64,000 nt of DNA, taken from NCBI GenBank assembly GCA_964421955.1, contig CAYQYU010000001.1:94210-158209 (forward strand), written 5' to 3'. The notes under the pieces are model-generated. The model searched no databases, had not been told where the DNA came from, and saw only the letters and a list, made by a program, of their open reading frames with translations. This DNA comes from an uncultured archaeon (lineage in GTDB: Archaea > Nanohalarchaeota > Nanosalinia > Nanosalinales > Nanosalinaceae). The translations under genes and the position numbers were made by a program. Positions within the stretch are counted from its first letter, which is position 1, and every line of letters starts with the position of its first letter. Shown here piece by piece: positions 9,527 to 17,829 of the stretch.

Positions 9527-9587
9527 AGATTTGATATCCTCCAGAAAATCTTCGATTTTCGTCTGGGTTCAAATCCCATCCGGCCCG
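9503..9587 (+). repeat. 24-bp direct repeat of the tRNA-Lys 3' end
   Basis: TGGGTTCAAATCCCATCCGGCCCG at 9503-9526 and 9564-9587. Confidence 0.92.
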
Positions 9588-9622
9588 CATCTCTTTTACC
9601 ATTTGATACCTAAATTCTGGTT

Positions 9623-10105
9623 ATGGCCGAGCTATTCACCTTGATCGCGGCGGCCCTAATGATTCTTGCGGTCGTCGGAAGCTTTGTACCCATGATGCCC
9701 GGAGCGCTGCTTTCCATACTTGGTATCCTGGTCTACTGGTATGGCACAGGGTTCACACGTCCAAGCACATTTTTCCTGGTCGCCTTCATACTAACCAGTA
9801 TCTTTGCGGTGGCGATGGACTATTTTTCCGGCGTGATAGCAGCGAAGGCCGGAGGAGCATCCGCCCGGACATCTATCATAGCAGGAGCTGTTGGATTCCT
9901 GCTCTTCTTCGTGCTCGGCCCTCTCGGTATCCTGTTAGGAGTGGTGGGAACCGTGTTCATCCGGCAATACCTCCTCACCGGAGAGAAAGACCGGAGTCTC
10001 AGGACCGCGGCCTATTCTGCCGCCGGCGTACTTGGATCCGCAATAATCCAGTTCCTGGTGACCGTATCGCTCCTGGTGGCTTTCCTGATTACTCTCGTAG
10101 TCTAG
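9623..10105 (+). CDS. DUF456-like membrane protein
   Basis: GSFVPMMPG, DY..G..AAKAGGAS, GPLGILLG pattern; multiple TM segments. Confidence 0.8.
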   Translation: MAELFTLIAAALMILAVVGSFVPMMPGALLSILGILVYWYGTGFTRPSTFFLVAFILTSIFAVAMDYFSGVIAAKAGGASARTSIIAGAVGFLLFFVLGPLGILLGVVGTVFIRQYLLTGEKDRSLRTAAYSAAGVLGSAIIQFLVTVSLLVAFLITLVV

Positions 10106-10142
10106 AGAAAAACTATTATCTTACAGCCGGGAAAAATGATCT

Positions 10143-10634
10143 ATGGAGACCCCGGAATCAGAATTCGAGGCAGTTGCCACTCTCTGTTACATCATAGAAG
10201 ACGGCCGAGTGCTCTTAATCTACAAGAAACGCGGAATTGGAGAAGGACTGTATAACGGGCCTGGCGGCAAAGTAGAGCAACATGATGATTCCCCGAGAGA
10301 GGCAGCGAAAAGAGAGGTGAAAGAAGAGGTCAGGGTTGAGGTCGAAGATCTGGAGAAGGTCGGGGAACTCGAGTTCTACTTTGGAGACAGACCATTCATG
10401 TATGGACATATTTTCAAGACCTCTGAATACGAAGGTGAACCAGAAGAAACTGAAGAGGCGCGGCCGGAATGGTTCGAGATTGGATCACTACCCTACGACC
10501 AGATGTGGGAAGACGACCGCTACTGGATGCCCAAGATGTTCAACGGCAAGAAAATCAAAGCGAAGTTCCAGTTTGACGAAGACGGTGACGAATTTTACTG
10601 GGAGAAATCCGCCATCGGAAAGGCCAGCTTCTAG
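10143..10634 (+). CDS. NUDIX hydrolase, 8-oxo-dGTP diphosphatase (MTH1-like)
   Basis: KKRGIG..YNGPGGKVE..AAKREVKEE Nudix box; MWEDDRYW. Confidence 0.9.
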   Translation: METPESEFEAVATLCYIIEDGRVLLIYKKRGIGEGLYNGPGGKVEQHDDSPREAAKREVKEEVRVEVEDLEKVGELEFYFGDRPFMYGHIFKTSEYEGEPEETEEARPEWFEIGSLPYDQMWEDDRYWMPKMFNGKKIKAKFQFDEDGDEFYWEKSAIGKASF

Positions 10635-12562
10635 ACCATTTTCTCCGGGAAACCATTTACCTTTGTCTCGTATTCGCCGCCTTCGCCCGCGGCATTGAAA
10701 CCGTATTCACGGGAGAGATCGATCAATTCCTCCACAGACTCCTCATCAAGGACTCTTCTCTCCCAGCTTTCTTCCAGTCCGCGTGCCGCGACCGAGGTAA
10801 TCTCGACTTCAAAGCCTTCTCTCACAAGCCACCTCATGTAGTGTTCCTGATCTTCCTGCCAGAGCGGTGCGAAGACCTTCAGGCCAATTTTTTCCGCAAC
10901 TTTCTCGACCCGGTCCCTCTGGTAGGTCGATGCGAGAGCTCCTGCAACAACTCCTTCGACATCGTATTCCTCTCTGGCCTTTCTCAGGACTTTTTCCAGG
11001 TCTTCCAGCTCTTCTTCTTTCTCTCCCTCCGTTTCCTGGACTACTAGAGGGATACCCAGTTCCCCCGCCTGTCTCTCGAGTTCTGAAAGTTGTTTCTTCG
11101 AGTCGAACATGTAGCTGTCCCTGTTCTCCGACCGGAGTGTCACCAGGCAGGCGATCTCATTGTTGCGGCGGCGCATCCTGTAAAGTGCGGCATTCGAATC
11201 TTTGCCCCCAGAGGTCAACACAGCTAAACGGTGATTTGGCTCCTCTCTCAGCGAGTTGAGATACCCCTGCTTGGAATCGAAGCCATTATCTTTTGCGAGC
11301 CTCTCGACCGCCTTGTCGAAGTTGCTTCCATACTGGGCTGCGGTCTTCTCCCTCCAGGCCACGTCTTCAGGCACCCCCAGCTCCTCAGCCGCCTTCCTCA
11401 AAACGTATTTCCGGTAGCCCTCCTTCATCTTGTAATCCTCCGGAACCATAAGTGCGTGCTCCACCAGGTCGTGGTCAAGGAATAGAACCCTGAGTTCGTA
11501 GCTGTTCCTCATAGACACGACATCGTCCCTGTAAAGGTCGCGATGGAAAAGCGACCTCAGTCCCGAGAGACATTCGCGGTTCAGGTAGTTCTCCATTCTC
11601 GAGTACCCGGCGTAGAGCTGCTCCGACCCCAGGCCAGACATCACAACTTTCTCGTCGCCGTTCAAGGCCAGGTGGAACGGTAGCGCCACTCCCAGCTTCA
11701 CTACCGATGTTGAAGAGATCCAGTCCGCAAGTCTAGGTAGCACAGTCTCGACCTCTTCAAGCGAGGCATCGTAACTCCTGAGTTCCAATTCCATCTCTTC
11801 AGCAACTTTCTCCGCCCATTCTGTATCTCTGGGCGCATCAACATTACCGTGTTGTATTCCGGCAGTGTAGCAGGTGAAATCTCTCTCGAGTTCCTTTAGT
11901 GCGGCCGCAACCATAGTGGAGTCCACTCCGCCTGAGAACAATAATGCAAGTTCTCCATCTGGAACTCGTTTCTCAACTGCCTCCAGGAATTTTTCCTTTA
12001 TCTCCTCGGCAGCCTCTTCTATACTTTTACCTTCTTTGACATCTGTCTCGAAGAACTCTCGCTTCCGGAAGCTTAATTCTCCTGACTCTATATCGTACCT
12101 GAGTACCAGTCGTGGATGTAGCTCCTGGGCCTCCAGGCCTTCCTTTTCCAGCGCCTGTTTCTCGGAGGCGAAGGCAAAAGGCTTCCTGGAATACCAGACA
12201 GGTTTCACCCCCAGGAGGTCACGGGCCAGTATAACCTCTCCATTATTAAAATAGGCGAAAGCATAGACACCATCAAGCAACTCAAGCGCATCTTTACCCC
12301 TGGCTTCGAGCAGCTCCAGGAGGAGTTCAGCGTCATTTCTTACATCCAGGCTGTATTCTTCCGCTAGCTCCTGCCAGTTGTATATCTCGCAGTTCGCCAC
12401 CAGCGTTCCTTCTCTCTGGAGAGGCTGTTCGACATCTCCCACAACAGGATGAAGCACATGACCCAGCGGAAATTCGCCGCCATCAATTTTGCTGGAGCCA
12501 CCCCTGTGTTTGAGGTGCTTCGCCAGTTTCTCTGCCTTTTCGCCACCCGTTATGCCGCACAT
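10631..12562 (-). CDS. asparagine synthetase (AsnB)-like / diphthine--ammonia ligase (Dph6) fusion
   Basis: N-terminal MCGI Ntn glutaminase, FSGGVDS synthetase domain, then SGGKDS...GEGGEYET Dph6 domain in one frame. Confidence 0.88.
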   Translation of the reverse strand: MCGITGGEKAEKLAKHLKHRGGSSKIDGGEFPLGHVLHPVVGDVEQPLQREGTLVANCEIYNWQELAEEYSLDVRNDAELLLELLEARGKDALELLDGVYAFAYFNNGEVILARDLLGVKPVWYSRKPFAFASEKQALEKEGLEAQELHPRLVLRYDIESGELSFRKREFFETDVKEGKSIEEAAEEIKEKFLEAVEKRVPDGELALLFSGGVDSTMVAAALKELERDFTCYTAGIQHGNVDAPRDTEWAEKVAEEMELELRSYDASLEEVETVLPRLADWISSTSVVKLGVALPFHLALNGDEKVVMSGLGSEQLYAGYSRMENYLNRECLSGLRSLFHRDLYRDDVVSMRNSYELRVLFLDHDLVEHALMVPEDYKMKEGYRKYVLRKAAEELGVPEDVAWREKTAAQYGSNFDKAVERLAKDNGFDSKQGYLNSLREEPNHRLAVLTSGGKDSNAALYRMRRRNNEIACLVTLRSENRDSYMFDSKKQLSELERQAGELGIPLVVQETEGEKEEELEDLEKVLRKAREEYDVEGVVAGALASTYQRDRVEKVAEKIGLKVFAPLWQEDQEHYMRWLVREGFEVEITSVAARGLEESWERRVLDEESVEELIDLSREYGFNAAGEGGEYETKVNGFPEKMV

Positions 12563-12597
12563 GATCTAGAAAAAGGGTTGAAGCTTTTTGTAGCAAA

Positions 12598-13386
12598 TCA
12601 CTCCGCACTATAATCTGGACCGAAGTCGCTGATCTCTCGCTGGGACCTGTCGAGAGCCTCGTAACTTGCGATCACGTCCTCCATCTCGACCTCGACAAAT
12701 TCGAGATCGCGGTCCTCAAGATATGCGAGCACTTTTTCAGTCATCTTCGGCGCAACCAGAATGCCACGGATGTCTCCCCGGAACTCCTCTTCTATCTCAT
12801 CCACGTAGCGCTGGAGCTGGAGGACGGTGTTGTAGTCAGGGTTTCTCTTGACCTCTATTACAACGTAGTTGTCGCTCTCGTCGCGGGCGAAAACATCTAT
12901 GAAGCCAGCAGGTGTCTCTCGCTCCCTCTCGATCACTTTCAGGCCATCCTCGACTATCTCCGGTTTCTCCTCTATTGACTCATGGATATCCACTTCGTGG
13001 CCACGAATCTTCAGCTCAGACCTGTCGACCATTTTGTCGACAGAGAGAAAATCAATCTCCTCAAACCTTATCTCGACAAGTTCCTCGGGACTGGAACGCC
13101 GGGCCTCAACTACAAGCTCGCCGTATTCCTCATCCACCTTTACATTCCAGGAGTCGACCTCGGGCTGCCAGTTCTTCGGCTGGTAGTTGTCAGGGCCATG
13201 GACGAGTAACGCAGAGTCCTGCTTCTTGATGACGATGCGTTCTCCTCTATCCAGTTTCGACTTCGCGCGGCCCTGGTAGTTCACTGAGCATAGACCGTTG
13301 ACCTGGACCGTGTACTTGCGGGAGAGGTATTCTTGCAGCATCCGCTGGGCCTCCTCAAAATCTGGCTCTCGAGCGAACTCTTCCAT
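12598..13386 (-). CDS. nucS: endonuclease NucS/EndoMS
   Basis: YQGRAKS, PKNWQP, IDVFARD, VIEVKR, QLQRY. Confidence 0.93.
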   Translation of the reverse strand: MEEFAREPDFEEAQRMLQEYLSRKYTVQVNGLCSVNYQGRAKSKLDRGERIVIKKQDSALLVHGPDNYQPKNWQPEVDSWNVKVDEEYGELVVEARRSSPEELVEIRFEEIDFLSVDKMVDRSELKIRGHEVDIHESIEEKPEIVEDGLKVIERERETPAGFIDVFARDESDNYVVIEVKRNPDYNTVLQLQRYVDEIEEEFRGDIRGILVAPKMTEKVLAYLEDRDLEFVEVEMEDVIASYEALDRSQREISDFGPDYSAE

Positions 13387-13455
13387 GCCTCTGGGATGCC
13401 GGGGGAATTTTTTAGCTGTAACCTTTAACTTTCCAGGAGATCAAAACCACAATTT

Positions 13456-14127
13456 ATGGATTACAGGATCAAAGACCTACCTCAGGAAGAGCGGCCAAGA
13501 GAAAAACTGGAGAAACACGGCGCATCTTCACTTACAGAGGTTGAGCTTCTCTCAATCGTGTTAAGAACGGGAATTCCCGGCAAAAATGTGAAGGAGCTGG
13601 CTGGCGAGATACTGAACAGTTACTCCCTGCAGAATCTGGCAAACCGATCGCTTGAGGACCTGAAGGGCTTCGAAGGCGTATCAAAAGTGAAGGCCGGACA
13701 GCTCAAAGCAGTGGGAGAACTCGCGAGAAGAATGCAGGTCGAGAAAAGGGAGAGGATTGAGTCCTTCTCAGACGTGAAAGCCAGAGTGGAGGATATGAAG
13801 TATCTCGAAGAGGAGCGGCTGCGTGTCTTCTACCTATCCTCAGGGAATGAGATTTTATCTGAAGAGAATTTCGAAGGCGGCATTGATTCGGTCAACATCG
13901 ACTTCCGGAAACTGTTCCGGGAGGCCATAGGCTCAGGTGCATCCGCGGTAGTCTTGACACATAACCACCCCTCCGGAAACCCGGACCCAACCCCACAGGA
14001 TATCGAGGTCACAGAAGAGCTGATCGAGGCCGGAAACAGGCTCGGAATAAAGGTGCTGGATCACGTAATTATCGGAGAAACCGCCTCAAGCATGAAGGCC
14101 TCTGGAGCCGCAGATTTCACGTCCTAG
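13456..14127 (+). CDS. radC: RadC family protein (HhH + JAB domain)
   Basis: ERPREKL, ELLSIVLRTG, HNHPSGNPDPT..D, LDHVII. Confidence 0.93.
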   Translation: MDYRIKDLPQEERPREKLEKHGASSLTEVELLSIVLRTGIPGKNVKELAGEILNSYSLQNLANRSLEDLKGFEGVSKVKAGQLKAVGELARRMQVEKRERIESFSDVKARVEDMKYLEEERLRVFYLSSGNEILSEENFEGGIDSVNIDFRKLFREAIGSGASAVVLTHNHPSGNPDPTPQDIEVTEELIEAGNRLGIKVLDHVIIGETASSMKASGAADFTS

Positions 14128-14226
14128 ACACCCCCTTTAATACCTTTCGGTTAGACGTCACCACCTATTTAAAGATTACCCGTGTCTTGGTAGTTGTAGC
14201 TTTCTCAGGGAGGGATTCAAAAATAG

Positions 14227-14463
14227 ATGGCCATGGACATAACCGACCACGAAGCAGTTCCGGAACACAGGAAACTTGATGAAGAAGAAACCGAGGAAGT
14301 GCTTGAGAAGTACGGTGCGTCCCGAGACGACCTCCCAAAGATTCAGAGGACAGATGCCGCACTGAAGCAGATGGATGCCGAGGTCGGCGACATTATAGAG
14401 ATCCAGAGATCAAGTCCAACAGCGGGAGAAACCACCTATTATAGAGTGGTTGTAGAAGGGTGA
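14227..14463 (+). CDS. rpoH: RNA polymerase subunit H (Rpo5)
   Basis: HEAVPEH, LPKI, SPTAGETTYYRVV. Confidence 0.95.
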   Translation: MAMDITDHEAVPEHRKLDEEETEEVLEKYGASRDDLPKIQRTDAALKQMDAEVGDIIEIQRSSPTAGETTYYRVVVEG

Positions 14464-14470
14464 ATAAAGA

Positions 14471-15928
14471 ATGCAAGAAGAATTCCTCTCACAGCTTATA
14501 GAACAGAATCTCGTAAAACATCAGATTGATTCTTACAACCGGTTTGTAGAAGAGCGGATCCAGTCAATTCTTAACGAGGTCGGAGAAATCAAGCCTGACC
14601 TTCCCGAGGGAGAGGAGCTTGTAATAAAGATAGTTGATGTCGATGTCAAGCGACCACATATTAACGAGGCCGACGGATCGGTAAGAAGGATCACGCCTAA
14701 AGAGGCGAGGATGCGTGACCTGACCTATTCTTCCGAGATCAAGGTTACGATGACCCCAATTTTCGAGGGGGTGCAGCAGGAGAGCGAGGAAGTTACCATC
14801 GGACGTATTCCGGTGATGGTCGGAAGCGACCTGTGCTGGACTGCCGACATGACAGAGGAAGAACTGAGGGAAGCGGGCGAAGACCCCGATGATCCCGAGG
14901 GATATTTCATAATTAACGGTTCCGAGAAGACAATTATCGCGATGGAAGAGTTCGCGAACAATAAGCCGGTTTACCAGCAGGACGATGATGAGCAGATCTG
15001 CCGCATCAATTCGGAGCAGAGCGGTTACGTACAGCGACATGTTCTGAGGCGAGACGACGACATTGTCAACATTTCATTCGCGAACGTCAAGAAGACGCCG
15101 GCGGTTGCACTTGTCAGAGCTCTTGGCTACGAGACCGACCAGGAGATCGTCGAGGCGATCGGTGAAGAGTACGCCAGCGATATCTATCTGAATATGTATG
15201 AAACTGATGCCAGCAACCAGGAAGAGGCCTACGAGTACGTTGCGAACAAGGCAGGGATCACCTCGGATATTGAAGAGCGGGTCGAAAGCATTCTCGACGA
15301 GTACCTTCTGCCGCACCTGGGACAGGATCCGGAGTTCCGGGACGAGAAAGCGCAGTTCCTCGCGAACCTGATAAGAAATACTATAGCGCTCGGAAAGGGT
15401 GACATCGAGCAGGACGACATGGACCACTACGCTAACAAGAGGCTGAACCTTGCAGGAGAGCTACTCGAGATGCAGTTCAGGAGCGTCTTCCTCGGGAAAT
15501 GGGGTCTGCTCGCACGCATGAAGTATAACTTCCGTAAATCTGCTAAGCGAGGTAGACTGCCTTCACTCCAGTCCACGATTGTCGCGGACACACTTACGAA
15601 GCAGATAATGGGTGCGATGGCGACAGGTAACTGGGTCGGGGGCCGCACAGGAATCTGCCAGAGACTCGACCGCGGAAACAGGATCAAGACCCTTTCCCAC
15701 ATGAGGAATATTGTGTCGCCGCTGTCAAGCGAAAGACAGCACTTTGAGGCACGTGATCTCCACCCGACACAGTGGGGGCGTGTCTGCCCTATCAAGACAC
15801 CGGAAGGTATGAACATCGGACTAAGAACCTACCTTGCTATGAGTGCCAACGTCTCCACGGGAATGAGCGAGATGGAGCGAAACTCCCTTAGAGCAAAACT
15901 GGAAGAAGAGGGTCTCGAAGCCCGGTAA
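14471..15928 (+). CDS. rpoB2: RNA polymerase subunit B''
   Basis: HQIDSYN, EARMRDLTY, GYFIINGSEK, ARDLHPTQWG, TPEG. Confidence 0.96.
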   Translation: MQEEFLSQLIEQNLVKHQIDSYNRFVEERIQSILNEVGEIKPDLPEGEELVIKIVDVDVKRPHINEADGSVRRITPKEARMRDLTYSSEIKVTMTPIFEGVQQESEEVTIGRIPVMVGSDLCWTADMTEEELREAGEDPDDPEGYFIINGSEKTIIAMEEFANNKPVYQQDDDEQICRINSEQSGYVQRHVLRRDDDIVNISFANVKKTPAVALVRALGYETDQEIVEAIGEEYASDIYLNMYETDASNQEEAYEYVANKAGITSDIEERVESILDEYLLPHLGQDPEFRDEKAQFLANLIRNTIALGKGDIEQDDMDHYANKRLNLAGELLEMQFRSVFLGKWGLLARMKYNFRKSAKRGRLPSLQSTIVADTLTKQIMGAMATGNWVGGRTGICQRLDRGNRIKTLSHMRNIVSPLSSERQHFEARDLHPTQWGRVCPIKTPEGMNIGLRTYLAMSANVSTGMSEMERNSLRAKLEEEGLEAR

Positions 15929-16023
15929 ACTGATACTATGATAATGAACCCAAACCTCGAAACAAAGGTCACTTCGCCGCAGGCGAATGTGGCACAGATG
16001 ATGAAACTCTCTAGGTGAGTTTC

Positions 16024-17826
16024 ATGACGAATGTATTCCTTGACGGCGAGCTTATCGACGAAATCGAATCTCCCGACGAGATCAGAGATGCAATTATAGA
16101 GAGACGGCGTGAGGGCGAACTAGAGAAAGAAATATCCGTCTATTACGCAGAGGACAAGGACGAGCTCCGAATCAATACGGACTCGGGAAGGGTCCTGAGA
16201 CCTGTAGTTATCGTTGAAGACGGAGAGCCGAGGCTCACAGACGAGCAGCGCGAGCAGCTTGAAGCAGGAGAAATAAGTCTCGAGGATCTTGAAGAGGAGG
16301 GAATAATTGAATACCTCGATGCAGAAGAAGAGGAAAATGCGTATGTGGCAATGAACGACGAGGAAGTGACTGAAGATCATACACACATGGAGATCGATCC
16401 CGCGATTACACACGGCCTCTCGGCTTCGCTTGTAGTATACCCGGAACACAACAGAGGGGACCGTGTCAACTTCGGCGCAAAGATGAGCGGCCAGGGAATC
16501 GGGATGTACTCCCGGGAGTTCCACCAGAGATTCGATACTAACGCAAATATCCTGACATACGGCCAGCAGCCTATCGTGGGAACGCAGACCTACGATACAC
16601 TGGTCGGGAAGCACCCGATCGGCCAGAACATGGTCGTCGCGCTCGCATCTTTCGACGGCTACAATATCGAGGACGCAGTAATTATGAACAAGGCGTCAAT
16701 CGAGCGGGGTATCGCAAGATCCACCTATATCCGTACCTACAAGACCGAGGCACAGAGGTTCTGGGGCGGACAGAAGGACGAGATCGAGACTCCTGACAAG
16801 GACGTCCGTGGATACAGAAACGAGGAAGCGTACCAGCACCTCGATGAAGACGGAATTATCAACCCCGAGACCGACGTTGACTCAGACGCCGTACTTGTAG
16901 GAAAGACCTCTCCCCCAAAGTTCCTAGGATCGGGAGGAGGCGAAGAAGTCAAGATGGGTCTCGCGGAGAGAAGAGAGACCTCTCTGACGGTAAGGCACGG
17001 GGAAAAAGGCAAGGTCGACAAGATAATGGTATCGGAGACCGGAGATGGCGACAAACTGATCAAGATGAAGCTCCGTGAATACAGGATTCCGGAACTCGGC
17101 GACAAGTTCGCGACACGGCACGGCCAGAAAGGAGTTATCGGAATGATCGCTCCCGAGGAGAACATGCCGTTCACAAAACAGGGAATAACACCCGACATAA
17201 TTCTATCGACACATGCCATCCCGAGCCGTATGACCGTGTCACAGCTGATCGAGATACTCGCCGGCAAGGTGGGTGCTATGAGGGGCGACCCTGTAGACGG
17301 TACCGCCTTCCACAGCGAGGACAAGGAAGATCTCAAGGAAGAGCTGGAAGAACTCGGCTTCGAGAGCACCGGAAAGGAGACAATGTACGACGGAGTAACA
17401 GGACAGGAGCTTGAAGCAGAAATAATGATCGGGCCAGGATACTACCTCAAACTCGACCACCAGGTCGGAGACAAGATTCACGCTAGGGCGCGCGGACCCG
17501 TGACGCTGCTCACAAAGCAGCCTACAGAAGGCCGTTCGCAGGAAGGTGGACTGAGACTCGGAGAGATGGAAAAGGACGTCTTCGTGGGCCACGGCGCATC
17601 ACTGCTTCTAAAGGAGAGATTCGGAGCAGACTCCACCGGCATCAATGTCTGTGAGAACTGTGGAGAGATAGGTGTCGAAGATCGTGAAGAGAACCGCACC
17701 TACTGCCCTAGCTGTGAAGCGGGAGACCTGGAGGAGGCGGAAGTTCCGCACGCATTCCTGCTCCTGCTTAACGAGCTAAAATCCATGATGATGGACGTCG
17801 AGATCGGACTTGAAGAGGAGGCGTAA
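16024..17826 (+). CDS. rpoB1: RNA polymerase subunit B'
   Basis: GYNIEDA, GDKFATRHGQKG, GLRLGEME, C-terminal Zn finger; ATG 16024 after GGTGA. Confidence 0.96.
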   Translation: MTNVFLDGELIDEIESPDEIRDAIIERRREGELEKEISVYYAEDKDELRINTDSGRVLRPVVIVEDGEPRLTDEQREQLEAGEISLEDLEEEGIIEYLDAEEEENAYVAMNDEEVTEDHTHMEIDPAITHGLSASLVVYPEHNRGDRVNFGAKMSGQGIGMYSREFHQRFDTNANILTYGQQPIVGTQTYDTLVGKHPIGQNMVVALASFDGYNIEDAVIMNKASIERGIARSTYIRTYKTEAQRFWGGQKDEIETPDKDVRGYRNEEAYQHLDEDGIINPETDVDSDAVLVGKTSPPKFLGSGGGEEVKMGLAERRETSLTVRHGEKGKVDKIMVSETGDGDKLIKMKLREYRIPELGDKFATRHGQKGVIGMIAPEENMPFTKQGITPDIILSTHAIPSRMTVSQLIEILAGKVGAMRGDPVDGTAFHSEDKEDLKEELEELGFESTGKETMYDGVTGQELEAEIMIGPGYYLKLDHQVGDKIHARARGPVTLLTKQPTEGRSQEGGLRLGEMEKDVFVGHGASLLLKERFGADSTGINVCENCGEIGVEDREENRTYCPSCEAGDLEEAEVPHAFLLLLNELKSMMMDVEIGLEEEA

Positions 17827-17829
17827 GAG

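Noticed and set aside
15950-16010. Hammerhead or C/D-box sRNA in the rpoB spacer
   Set aside because: The core reads CAGATGA rather than CTGATGA, stem III is too short, and no D box follows the ATGATGA.
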